Assembly (NCBI GenBank): GCA_016208765.1
Contig: JACQXK010000004.1
Location: 20,243 to 84,242 of the forward strand
Direction: 5' to 3'
Length of the DNA: 64,000 bases
Origin: Candidatus Omnitrophota bacterium
GTDB lineage: Bacteria > Omnitrophota > Gorgyraeia > Gygaellales > Profunditerraquicolaceae
This document shows positions 51,854 to 61,069 of the stretch, piece by piece; the first letter of the stretch is position 1; every line of letters starts with the position of its first letter. Position numbers and translations under genes: made by a program. Under the pieces are notes generated by a model. The model worked only from the letters and a program-made list of their open reading frames with translations, searched no databases and was not told where the DNA came from.

Positions 51854-52651
51854 TTACTCCTCGTGTTTTAAAAATAAAGCAAAATATATTGTGCTTAACA
51901 AACTAAAAACAACTGCCTGCACTACTGCGGATATAATAACTATACAACTGGAAAATAGCAACAACCCCACTCCCTTTATGCCAAAACCGGCAATAGCCGC
52001 GAGCAGCATGTCGTCGGCAAAAATATTGCTTCTTAAACGAAGTGACAAACTAATCGGTTTGATTAATTCAGAAATAATATGAATAAAGAGCATAAACACA
52101 GGGAGAATTATTGTAAAAGCCAGTGCCCCCCGCGGTTTTCCCATAAGATGGTCAAAATAACCAAATAAACCTAATTCGCGGATTGCCAGATAATGTACGT
52201 AAATAAATACACAAAGAGCCAGGCCAAAGGTTGTAGACAAATTTGAAGTCGCTGATTTCATGAATGGGATCAGTCCAAAGAAATTCATGAAAAGTATGTA
52301 AATAAAAAGTGTTCCTATAAAAGGGGTCAGGCTTCTTCCTTTGGGCCCCAAGATACCGCAGACAAAATCATCTAATGACGCGGCGAGGAACTCCGCAGCT
52401 GCCTGCAGCCTGCCGGGTGTAATCTTTGGCCTGCGAAATGAGAAATAAGCAACAATAGAAAGAACGAAAACAATTATTAAAGAAAAAATTACTGTTTCCC
52501 ACCTGTGGAGAAACTTCCCCAACGCCGAGGACTCTCCTATGTGATTTACGATAATTTCAATAAAATTAGGAAATTCTAATTGCCTGGAGCTCTCTTTAAC
52601 CATTGACTTAAGGGTTATTGCGCCCTGATTTTCCTTCAACGCGCAAAGCAA
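51854..52651 (-). CDS. atpB: F-type ATP synthase subunit a
   Basis: Polytopic protein. The LSLRLRSNIFADDM segment carries the essential Arg of subunit a. Confidence 0.85.
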   Translation of the reverse strand: MLCALKENQGAITLKSMVKESSRQLEFPNFIEIIVNHIGESSALGKFLHRWETVIFSLIIVFVLSIVAYFSFRRPKITPGRLQAAAEFLAASLDDFVCGILGPKGRSLTPFIGTLFIYILFMNFFGLIPFMKSATSNLSTTFGLALCVFIYVHYLAIRELGLFGYFDHLMGKPRGALAFTIILPVFMLFIHIISELIKPISLSLRLRSNIFADDMLLAAIAGFGIKGVGLLLFSSCIVIISAVVQAVVFSLLSTIYFALFLKHEE

Positions 52652-52856
52652 GCTTTATGATCCTGATCGTTTCCATAAGCGCGGCAGCAAAACCGGCAAT
52701 TATAAAAACGAGCAACACAAATAATGGAAAATGAATTTTTTTTACCAAATAATCCCCGATAAAATATCCCGAAAGCGGCCCGGCAGCCAAAATTAAGGGA
52801 ATATACAAAAGCATCCCTGCGATTTTCACACTTTTATAGAATTCTATTCTTTTCAT
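52608..52856 (-). CDS. AtpZ/AtpI-like small membrane protein preceding atpB
   Basis: 82 aa with two TM helices. Position and size match atpZ/atpI of atp operons. Confidence 0.45.
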   Translation of the reverse strand: MKRIEFYKSVKIAGMLLYIPLILAAGPLSGYFIGDYLVKKIHFPLFVLLVFIIAGFAAALMETIRIIKLALRVEGKSGRNNP

Positions 52857-52980
52857 TCAAACGCTACTAAAGCAAAAAGCGCCTTTTGCCAAATACCGAT
52901 CAAAAGACGCCTATGTCTTATATTTATCTTCTCCTCTATACAAGTAAAAATACTGCCCCGCGGGTAACCTAAAATTACCC

Positions 52981-53502
52981 TTATGAGTATTTGCGGCACT
53001 TCAAAAAAGATAATAAAACCCTAATGATCATTAATGGGCTTGGCGGACAACCCGGTATGTGCAAAACAACCGGCAATATTTTATTAACCGCACCTTCTAC
53101 GTAGTACGAATCTTTAAAAACACCCCCGTCAAACGCGCAATCTCCGCAGGTAATCACGAATTTCGGCTCAGGCATTGCCTGATATGTTTTTTTAAGCGCA
53201 ACGAGCATATTCTTTGAAACCGGCCCAGTAACTAAGAGCGCGTCAGCATGCCGCGGAGAAGCAACAAAACTAACACCGAATCTCTGCAAATCATAAATAG
53301 GGTTATTTGCAGAAATTATCTCTGACTCGCATGCCTCGCATGAACCGGTATCTACTTCACGTATATTTAAGGACCTGCCAAAAGTACCCTGAATAATTTG
53401 CAGCAATTCCCCGCCGCACAATTCTATCTCTTGCGGCAAATCCAAATCAATATGCCGGGTCATCACTCCTTTTAAAATCCTATTTTTTAATATATGGCCC
53501 AT
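52981..53502 (-). CDS. NuoB-like / group-4 hydrogenase small-subunit-like FeS protein
   Basis: CGDCAFDGG and IPGCPPSP proximal-cluster motifs. 173 aa. Confidence 0.8.
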   Translation of the reverse strand: MGHILKNRILKGVMTRHIDLDLPQEIELCGGELLQIIQGTFGRSLNIREVDTGSCEACESEIISANNPIYDLQRFGVSFVASPRHADALLVTGPVSKNMLVALKKTYQAMPEPKFVITCGDCAFDGGVFKDSYYVEGAVNKILPVVLHIPGCPPSPLMIIRVLLSFLKCRKYS

Positions 53503-53504
53503 TT

Positions 53505-55082
53505 TTAGAGGTCGTTACCTGAATAAGATAAATCAAAACTTTTATTACAAACCGGAAAATCCGGAACAATATTCCCCAACACCGCATAAGACAACCCTTG
53601 CCAATTACAAAAAGACGCATCAACAATCTTGCATCTTTCAATTAATCCCCGGGAATCAGTTTTAAGCCAGTACAAAACCGGGCCTCTCCAGGCTTCTACA
53701 TAACCTAAGGCGCTCGCCTCTTTTAATACAGGAGAGAAATTAATCTTTTCGCCATTCTTTAATTTTGCCAGAAATTCCTCAATTAAACGGCAACTCTCTT
53801 TAAACTCAGAAACCCTCATGCGCAATCTCGCCAAAACATCCCCGGATTCCTCTATTGCCATTTTGAATCCTGCCTCTTTATAAACGCCGGGAAAATATTT
53901 TCTTAAATCAACGGGAATCCCTGAAGCACGGGCAGCAAGCCCGTTAACGCCGATATCTTTAGCAGTTTTTTTCTTCAATACTCCCGTAGAATCTACCCTG
54001 TCCATGAACGAAACACTGGAAAATAATATTTTTGTAAGTTCTGAAAAATCATATTTAATATTTTTAAGAAAAATACGGGTACTATTTTTCTTGTTTTCAT
54101 CTAAGTTTAGCGAAACCCCTCCCACAAGATTAATTTTTTTAAGATACCTGCTCCCACAGAGTTTTTCATTTAACTGCAAGATCCCCTCTTTTATTATCGC
54201 AGAGAGCGCCGCCGGAAAACTAAAGCCCACATCAGTAGCAATCCCTCCAATATCATTTACATGATTATACATCCGCTCAAGCTCTAAAAATATGGCCCTT
54301 AAATAAGCTGCCTCTCCGGAAACGGATACACCGCAAATCTTTTCACAGGCCAAGGCAAATGCGAGGCTATGAGCAAAAGCCGCATCACCGGATACGCATT
54401 CTGAGAACCTGATTGCTTCAACACAATTCCTGCCTTCAAAAAGTTTTTCCACGCCGCGATGCGTAAAACCTAATCTTTGCTCAAGATTAATAATCGGCTC
54501 TCCAGCAACGCTAAAACGGAAATGCCCCGGCCCGATAATCCCGGCATGCACCGGCCCAACCGGAATCTCAAAAATACCCTTCCCCTCTACCCTGGAAAAT
54601 TTATATTCACCAAGGCTGCCTTCCACTTTCTTTGTAAAATCCTTACGTAAAGGAAAATTTCCCTGCGGCCAAACCTCATCATGCAAACGCAGCCTTCTTA
54701 AATCCGGGTTGCCTTTAGGCTCAATGCCAAACATTTCCCAAATTTCTCTTTCAAAAAAACTGGATGAATACATATTTTGCGCCAAAGAGTCAAAATACGG
54801 AGTTTCCGAGGGAATATCTATACTCACAGTTATCCACTTGCTTTGCCTTAAATTCAGAAACACGCAATTTACAACAAATTTACCTGTTTTTTCGCGCTCA
54901 TCAAGCGCAAAAAGCATCACTACCGAAGACAAAAGAATTTTATGCAATGCTAAACATGCCTCCTTAAATATCTGCGGGGTTACCTTCATAATCAGCTCAT
55001 CAGCATAATTCTCTTCGCAGGAAATCACGCTAAACTGAGGAAACAGTTTCTTTACAGCTAAAATAATCTCTGAGCAAACCAT
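53505..55082 (-). CDS. Fused NuoC-NuoD-like 'large subunit' lacking the NiFe-ligating cysteines (Ehr-type)
   Basis: NuoC-like FFEREIWEMFGIEPKGNPDLRRL, then GPVHAGIIGPGHFRF...RLGFTHRGVEKL. Where hydrogenases have ERICGICxxAHS it reads SECVSGDAAFAHS. The C-terminal DPCxxC site is replaced by DASFCN. Confidence 0.75.
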   Translation of the reverse strand: MVCSEIILAVKKLFPQFSVISCEENYADELIMKVTPQIFKEACLALHKILLSSVVMLFALDEREKTGKFVVNCVFLNLRQSKWITVSIDIPSETPYFDSLAQNMYSSSFFEREIWEMFGIEPKGNPDLRRLRLHDEVWPQGNFPLRKDFTKKVEGSLGEYKFSRVEGKGIFEIPVGPVHAGIIGPGHFRFSVAGEPIINLEQRLGFTHRGVEKLFEGRNCVEAIRFSECVSGDAAFAHSLAFALACEKICGVSVSGEAAYLRAIFLELERMYNHVNDIGGIATDVGFSFPAALSAIIKEGILQLNEKLCGSRYLKKINLVGGVSLNLDENKKNSTRIFLKNIKYDFSELTKILFSSVSFMDRVDSTGVLKKKTAKDIGVNGLAARASGIPVDLRKYFPGVYKEAGFKMAIEESGDVLARLRMRVSEFKESCRLIEEFLAKLKNGEKINFSPVLKEASALGYVEAWRGPVLYWLKTDSRGLIERCKIVDASFCNWQGLSYAVLGNIVPDFPVCNKSFDLSYSGNDL

Positions 55083-56515
55083 ACAAGTTCCTTTTTAATA
55101 AATGGCAATACTGCGCCAAAAACGCAAACCTGAAAAAACAAAAATAAAAAACTAAGCTTAACGCTTAAAGGTTCTTTTATAACTGCCATATCCTTGGGGG
55201 TATTACCAAAAAGCATTTTACCGAAATGAAAAACAAACGCTCCAAAAATGACCGACAAGAATAAGAGCAACAAACCAGCCACCAAATACGAACCTTTAAG
55301 AAACGCCGCCGCAATAATTAAAAACTCGCTAAAGAAAATGGAAAACGGCGGAAAACCGGCAAGCGCAAACATGCCCAGAAGCACCATAATGCCGGTAAAC
55401 GGCATAACCTTAATTACCCCCCTGATCACATTCATATTATGTTTTTTATAAACGTTAATAATGTTTCCGGCGCCGAAAAACATCAATGACTTGGTAACTG
55501 CATGGCTATACACATGCAGCAATGCCCCAATCACGCCAAAAACCGGGCCCAAGCCAAATCCGACACAGATTATACCAATGTGTTCAATGCTGCTGTAAGC
55601 CAAAAGGCGTTTTAAATCTTTCTGCACAATGACAAACCCGCAGGAGATGGCCAAGGAAATCACTCCAAATAAAATCATCAGGTTGCCAAAATATGCAAAG
55701 CCAACACCTTTGACAACGATAATACCAAATCTTAAAATCGCATAAATTGCCGTCTTTAACAAAACTCCTGAAAGCAGCGCGCTTATTGGGCTGACTGCCT
55801 GGCTGTGCGCATCCGGAAGCCATGTGTGCATCGGGGCAAGGCCAGCCTTTGTGCCATATCCGACAAGAATAAATATAAATGCAATTTTAAGGATATTCTT
55901 ATCCAGAATATGCGCAACAGGGACCATCTCCTGCCAATTAAGGCTCCTTGATAACCCGGAAATAGCAAAGGCATAAGAAAAAAGTATCGTCCCTAAAAGC
56001 GCTAAAATTATTCCCAGCGAACAAATAATAATATATTTCCAGGCAGCTTCAACAGATTCTTTGGTATTGTAAAAACCCACAAGAAACGCAGATACAAGCG
56101 TGGTTATTTCAATGGAAACCCAGAGCATCCCCAGATTACTCACCGCCGGGACAAAAAACATAGCCAGGCAAAATAAATTAAAAAGCAGATAATAGATTCT
56201 TGCCTTCTTCTCGGTTATCTTTTCTTTATCTAAATCATTCCTGATATACCCGATAGAATACAGTGATGCGGCAAAGCTGACCACTGAAGTTACAAAAATA
56301 AAAAACGCGCTTAAAGAATCCAAATATATAAAACCTAAATAAGAAACAAAGCCTGCCGGGGCTAAAAAGAAAAGTTTACGCAATAAAATTATGCTAAAAA
56401 CCAGCACCATCAGATACCCTGCGGAGTTAATTATCCCGAATACCTTGGGCCTCTTAAAAACAAGCGCACACAAGATAAGTATAACCGGAATACCAAGAAT
56501 TAAAAATATCTGCAT
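55058..56515 (-). CDS. Complex-I/Mrp antiporter-like membrane subunit (NuoN/HyfF-like)
   Basis: WLPDAHSQAVSPISALLSGVLLKTAIYAILRF signature of the NuoL/M/N-MrpD family. 485 aa. Confidence 0.75.
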   Translation of the reverse strand: MQIFLILGIPVILILCALVFKRPKVFGIINSAGYLMVLVFSIILLRKLFFLAPAGFVSYLGFIYLDSLSAFFIFVTSVVSFAASLYSIGYIRNDLDKEKITEKKARIYYLLFNLFCLAMFFVPAVSNLGMLWVSIEITTLVSAFLVGFYNTKESVEAAWKYIIICSLGIILALLGTILFSYAFAISGLSRSLNWQEMVPVAHILDKNILKIAFIFILVGYGTKAGLAPMHTWLPDAHSQAVSPISALLSGVLLKTAIYAILRFGIIVVKGVGFAYFGNLMILFGVISLAISCGFVIVQKDLKRLLAYSSIEHIGIICVGFGLGPVFGVIGALLHVYSHAVTKSLMFFGAGNIINVYKKHNMNVIRGVIKVMPFTGIMVLLGMFALAGFPPFSIFFSEFLIIAAAFLKGSYLVAGLLLLFLSVIFGAFVFHFGKMLFGNTPKDMAVIKEPLSVKLSFLFLFFQVCVFGAVLPFIKKELVWFAQRLF

Positions 56516-56520
56516 GAATA

Positions 56521-57156
56521 TTATCCTTTTAAACGCGAAAGCTTATTCACATCTATATGAGTAAAAAGCTTATTGATCCTGTAAATAAAAAATCCCATAA
56601 TAACAACGCTTACAAATACGTCAAAAAATATGGCGATCTCCACAAAAAACGGCATTCCGCCGGAAACCGTGGCAGCAAGCAGGAATAATCCGTTTTCCAT
56701 CACTAAGAGCCCGATGATCTGGGATAACGCGGTAATCCTGAAGATCATCAGAAAAACACCGGTTAATATTGCAAAGAATGACACTGCCAGAACAACGACC
56801 TGGGCTTGGTTGCCGATAGAAATTATTTTCCCGGAAAGCGCCCACGACAAATAAGTGAGAAAAAAAGCGAACAACAAAGAAATTTGCACATTTAAAAGCA
56901 TCCCTACGTCCTCGCTGACCTTTATTTTCTTTATGATGCGGTATAAAAAATGCGGGATAATACATACCTTTATGAGAAACAATAACCCCGAAATAATATA
57001 CAAATCAAGCTGGCGCTCATTAACAGCAATTGAAAGCGTGGCCAGAAACAAAAAGAACGACTGAATACGAAAACTGCTGATTAACGCCGGAAGCCTTTTT
57101 GCGATAATCATCAGATAGGTTGAGACCAAAACCCCGAATAGAATTATAGCCTGCAT
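56521..57156 (-). CDS. Small polytopic membrane subunit (HyfE/NuoK-like)
   Basis: 211 aa with 6-7 TM segments. Position between antiporter-like subunits as in hyf/ehr clusters. Confidence 0.4.
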   Translation of the reverse strand: MQAIILFGVLVSTYLMIIAKRLPALISSFRIQSFFLFLATLSIAVNERQLDLYIISGLLFLIKVCIIPHFLYRIIKKIKVSEDVGMLLNVQISLLFAFFLTYLSWALSGKIISIGNQAQVVVLAVSFFAILTGVFLMIFRITALSQIIGLLVMENGLFLLAATVSGGMPFFVEIAIFFDVFVSVVIMGFFIYRINKLFTHIDVNKLSRLKG

Positions 57157-57157
57157 A

Positions 57158-58084
57158 TTAAATCCTTAAGATTGCACAGATTACAGAAATAACCGCCAAA
57201 ACAAAACCAAATCCAAGAAAATCCGCAACTCTAAATAAGCGCATCTTGGCCAAGGAAACCTCCACAATAGCAACCGCAATAACAATAATCATAATCCTTG
57301 CCAAATACCACATACCCCAGGAAATAAGCCCGGAGAAATTATTACAACAGCTAAAAGAAGCAATCGGAAAAATCAACTGAGCAATTACAAAAAACCAAAG
57401 CATTTGTTTTATATAAGCTGCCCATTCTATTAACGCCAAGCGCTTTCCTGAATATTCCAAAATCATTGCTTCATGCACCATGGTTAACTCAAGGTGCGTT
57501 TCCTGATTATCTACCGGTATACGCGAAGTCTCGGCGATTATCACCATAAATAAGGCAATCCCTGCTACCAACAAGGAAACAGGCACGGGATGCATGCCAA
57601 AAGACGCTGCAATCCCGGTTGAGCCAAATTGCAAAGATACCGAGAAAATTACCAGGCACACTGCAGGCTCAGCAAGGCTTGAAATAAACATTTCTCTTGA
57701 AGAACCCATCCCTGTGAAACTGCTTCCGGCATCAAGCGCAGCAAGTGCAAGAAAAAAACGCCCTAAAGCAAGCACAAAAATTAAAACAAAAAAGTCTCCG
57801 GCTCCGCCTAATGGGCTTTGTCCGATAAACATCGGAATCAATAACGCTGCTGTTAATACGCTGGCCATAACCACAAAAGGAGCAACGCCAAATACCCAGG
57901 AAGCTGTTTCAGAAATTACTTCCCTTTTTAAGAAAAGTTTCCTTAGGTTAAGATACGGCTGAAAAACCCCCTGGCCCTTGCGCATCCTTAATGTGTTTTT
58001 TATTTTGGTGATCAACCCGCTTAAAAAAGGAGAAAACAAAATAATAAATATTAATTGAATTATAGCCAGGGGTATTTTCATCAT
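57158..58084 (-). CDS. NuoH/HycD-like membrane subunit
   Basis: ...NTLRMRKGQGVFQPYLNLRKLFLKREV... matches the NuoH/HycD loop (R.GP....GLLQP.AD..KL..KE). 308 aa. Confidence 0.7.
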   Translation of the reverse strand: MMKIPLAIIQLIFIILFSPFLSGLITKIKNTLRMRKGQGVFQPYLNLRKLFLKREVISETASWVFGVAPFVVMASVLTAALLIPMFIGQSPLGGAGDFFVLIFVLALGRFFLALAALDAGSSFTGMGSSREMFISSLAEPAVCLVIFSVSLQFGSTGIAASFGMHPVPVSLLVAGIALFMVIIAETSRIPVDNQETHLELTMVHEAMILEYSGKRLALIEWAAYIKQMLWFFVIAQLIFPIASFSCCNNFSGLISWGMWYLARIMIIVIAVAIVEVSLAKMRLFRVADFLGFGFVLAVISVICAILRI

Positions 58085-58085
58085 C

Positions 58086-59915
58086 TTAGAACTTATTCAT
58101 GAATAAAATCAGCAAAAAAACGGTTACAAAAATATAACCCAGGTATAAATGAATACTGCCTGCCTGGATATTTCTCATTATTTTGGCAGTTTTAAAAACC
58201 GAACCTAACAATGGCTTATAAATGTATTTCTTAAAAACCATGGTTGTATGTGTTTCATAAACAAAAGATTTCACATGATAAAATGATTCCCTGATCTTCT
58301 CTGTTTTACGATAGGGCAGAAGAAAAAAACTAAATGCGATCCTAAAAGGTTTGGAAAATGCAGTCGCTGTGTATTCATTGCGCGCGTCTAATTTATAATA
58401 ACCGCAATCCCAAGTCGTATAAGTACGCGATTTATTCCTTAAGAATTTAATATAAAATATCCAGCCTATAAATAAGAAAACAACTAACGCGCATGCCAAT
58501 AAAGGCACGGAAAGATAAACCCCTTGGCCGGCCTGGGGCATTATTGTAAAATTATTCAGGCTAAACTTCATATTGCTGACATTAATTCCTGTTGCAGTTC
58601 CCGCAACCCTGGTGAGTAACTTTATAACAAAAGACGCCCCCAAGCCAAAACAGATTATCATTAAGGAAAGAAAAAACATTCCTATTCTCATAGAAACAGG
58701 CGCCTCTTTGGCGTTTTTGGCACTTTGGCTCCGAGGAAGCGCAAGAAATGTTATTCCAAAAGCCTTTACAAAACACGCCGCTGCCAAGGCGCTGGTTAAA
58801 GCAAGCATGCCCGCGCAAACAGTAAGGAATAACTTAGCGCTTACCGGCACATAAAAAGCTCCCCAGAATAACGCCTGCAAAGTCAGCCATTCGCTCACAA
58901 AACCATTTAAAGGCGGAAGAGCAGAAATAGCTATGGCGCCCAGCAGAAAACAAAATGCTGTCTGCGGCATAACCTTGATCAAGCCTCCTAATTTTTCCAT
59001 ATCTCGCGTTCCGGTTGCCTTATAAACACTGCCGCCGGATAAAAATAACAAGCCTTTAAAAATAGCGTGATTAACCAAATGATATAATCCTGCGACTAAT
59101 GAAAACACTGCCAGATATTGCAGGTTTAAACTTAAAAAAAACATCGCCGCACCTATCCCTAACAAAATAACCCCCATATTCTCAACGCTTGAATATGCCA
59201 GCATTTTCTTTATGTCGCTTTCCATCAAAGCGTAAACAATCCCCACCAAACAGGTAATTACCGCAAGGACTAAAACCAATCCTCCCCACCATAAAGAATT
59301 AACGCCCAGCAGAAATATTACAAACCTGATAATTCCATAAACCGCTGTTTTTATCATTACCCCTGACATAATGCTTGAAATATGGCTGGGCGCCTGCGGA
59401 TGCGCATAAGGCAGCCAAATGTGCATCGGCACAATACCTGCCTTGGTCCCGAATCCAATTAAGAGAAATAAGAAAACAAGGTGCTTAATTGAAGAAGGCA
59501 TAACCTGACAGGCATTTTTTATTGCCGTAAAATCAAAAGAATGCGCATGTTTATACAAAATTAAGAAAGCGGCAATCAAAAAAGCTGTACCGATATGCGT
59601 CATTACAATATAAATTGTCCCAGCCTGCACAGACTTTTCGTGTTTTGTATCAAAGACAACCAGAAAATAGGAAACCAAAGACATGATTTCCCAAGCCAAA
59701 AGAAAGATCAAGGCATTACCGGCAGTAACCACCAAAGACATGGATAATACGAAGATAGCAAGCAAAAACCAGGAAAGCTTGATTTTACCGACGGAATATT
59801 CGCCTTTTAGATAGCCAAAAGAGTAAATTGCAGAAGGCAGGGAAACAATAAAAATAACAAAAAGAAAAAACAAAGAAAGCGGATCAAATAATAAATTAAG
59901 GCTAAAATTTCCCAT
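58086..59915 (-). CDS. Complex-I/Mrp antiporter-like large membrane subunit (NuoL/HyfB-like)
   Basis: HIWLPYAHPQAPSHISSIMSGVMIKTAVYGIIRF. 609 aa. Confidence 0.8.
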   Translation of the reverse strand: MGNFSLNLLFDPLSLFFLFVIFIVSLPSAIYSFGYLKGEYSVGKIKLSWFLLAIFVLSMSLVVTAGNALIFLLAWEIMSLVSYFLVVFDTKHEKSVQAGTIYIVMTHIGTAFLIAAFLILYKHAHSFDFTAIKNACQVMPSSIKHLVFLFLLIGFGTKAGIVPMHIWLPYAHPQAPSHISSIMSGVMIKTAVYGIIRFVIFLLGVNSLWWGGLVLVLAVITCLVGIVYALMESDIKKMLAYSSVENMGVILLGIGAAMFFLSLNLQYLAVFSLVAGLYHLVNHAIFKGLLFLSGGSVYKATGTRDMEKLGGLIKVMPQTAFCFLLGAIAISALPPLNGFVSEWLTLQALFWGAFYVPVSAKLFLTVCAGMLALTSALAAACFVKAFGITFLALPRSQSAKNAKEAPVSMRIGMFFLSLMIICFGLGASFVIKLLTRVAGTATGINVSNMKFSLNNFTIMPQAGQGVYLSVPLLACALVVFLFIGWIFYIKFLRNKSRTYTTWDCGYYKLDARNEYTATAFSKPFRIAFSFFLLPYRKTEKIRESFYHVKSFVYETHTTMVFKKYIYKPLLGSVFKTAKIMRNIQAGSIHLYLGYIFVTVFLLILFMNKF

Positions 59916-59977
59916 TTTTCTTATTATCGCGGTAAGAAATGGCAGGACTTTTATCTATACCATCAAAAAGACACAGT

Positions 59978-60307
59978 CTACTTTTCTTTTCCTAAACTAG
60001 TTAAAACAGTAGCTGTCTTTTCTAATTTCTTACGTAACATTTCTGCTATTGGGCGCAAAACCCTGAATATCCCCTTATCTTCAATGGCATAATAAATAAC
60101 CGTACCCTGCTGCCTTGATTTCAATATCCCTGCTTCTCTTAGAGCCAATAAATGCCTGGAAAGGCTGGACTGGGGAATATTAAGGCCTTTGGCAATACCG
60201 CCTACTTTTTCTTCCTGTCTTTTAAGTAATTCTATAATTTGCAGCCGGAGAGGGTGAGCCAGAACTCTTAGAAAATCTGATTTTATTTTATATGCCAATT
60301 CTTCCAT
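59978..60307 (-). CDS. ArsR/SmtB-family HTH transcriptional regulator
   Basis: LAHPLRLQIIELLK...VGGIAKGLNIPQSSLSRHLLALREAGIL. Confidence 0.8.
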   Translation of the reverse strand: MEELAYKIKSDFLRVLAHPLRLQIIELLKRQEEKVGGIAKGLNIPQSSLSRHLLALREAGILKSRQQGTVIYYAIEDKGIFRVLRPIAEMLRKKLEKTATVLTSLGKEK

Positions 60308-60461
60308 TGTTAGTAAGCTGATAGCGAAGTCTAGACCTCCGCTACCGGTATTATTCCTTATTTCTCAATATTCGGATATATGGTAATTATACGAATTGTT
60401 TATAGTTTGTCAATATAATTTATACAATATTAAAAGCTTCATTACACTACATTGCATTAAC

Positions 60462-60616
60462 GGGTGGCTTGGCTTGATTCGAGCAGCACGTTAGAAAACT
60501 CTTGCGGGCATGGTTTTCCCGACTGAAAGTCGGGAAAGAGCACGAGTTTTCGCCCGAGTGCAGCCCCGACACGCCGGGGCGGGACAAACGGTGCTGCGAG
60601 AACAAGACAAGACAGG
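60462..60616 (+). repeat. Structured GC-rich element family R3, copy b
   Basis: GCAGCACGTTAGAAAACTCTTGCGGGCATGGTT-(hairpin TTCCCGACTGAAAGTCGGGAA)-AGAGCACGAGTTTTCGCCCGAGTG-(hairpin GCCCCGACACGCCGGGGC)-GGTGCTGCGAGAA. Shows G-C to A-T covariation relative to copy a. Confidence 0.7.
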
Positions 60617-60632
60617 ACCCATTACTTCATCA

Positions 60633-61058
60633 TCACTCAAGCCTGAGCTGGGCGCCTGCTTTAATCTGGTTCTTTTTGACAAAACCTGCGCTAACTTCTA
60701 AAACATACTTAGCTGGCTTGGCAGGAACAAGGCTTGGGCAAGAAGCCTGGCAAGGTTTTGCATCTTCTATTATATCAACAACTTTCTTATCTTCTGAAAT
60801 CCAAATTATATCTATAGGAATACGCATATTCCTCATCCAGAAACTATGCCTAAGCTCCTTTTCAAAAACAAAAAGCATACCTTCATTTTCTTTAAGTTCA
60901 TCCCTGAACATCAGGCCTTTTTGCCGTGTTTTATTTGTATCACAGACTTCAACCAAAACAGAGGCATTCCCTAAAGAAATTATTTTCTTTTTTTCTGCTG
61001 CTAAGCCCAAGGAAAAACAAACAAATGCCAAAATTAACAGCCACAAGATTATTCGCAT
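60633..61058 (-). CDS. DUF192-family secreted protein
   Basis: Signal peptide. GLMFRDELKENEGMLFVF...RIPIDIIWISEDKKVVDI pattern of DUF192 (COG1430). Confidence 0.7.
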   Translation of the reverse strand: MRIILWLLILAFVCFSLGLAAEKKKIISLGNASVLVEVCDTNKTRQKGLMFRDELKENEGMLFVFEKELRHSFWMRNMRIPIDIIWISEDKKVVDIIEDAKPCQASCPSLVPAKPAKYVLEVSAGFVKKNQIKAGAQLRLE

Positions 61059-61069
61059 AGATTATAAAA

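Noticed and set aside
53505-55082. Calling the complex a bona fide [NiFe] hydrogenase (Hyf/Ech)
   Set aside because: By my manual alignment both N-terminal CxxC cysteines and the C-terminal DPCxxC site are substituted, and no hyp maturation genes are nearby. It is therefore annotated as a hydrogenase-related (Ehr-type) complex instead.
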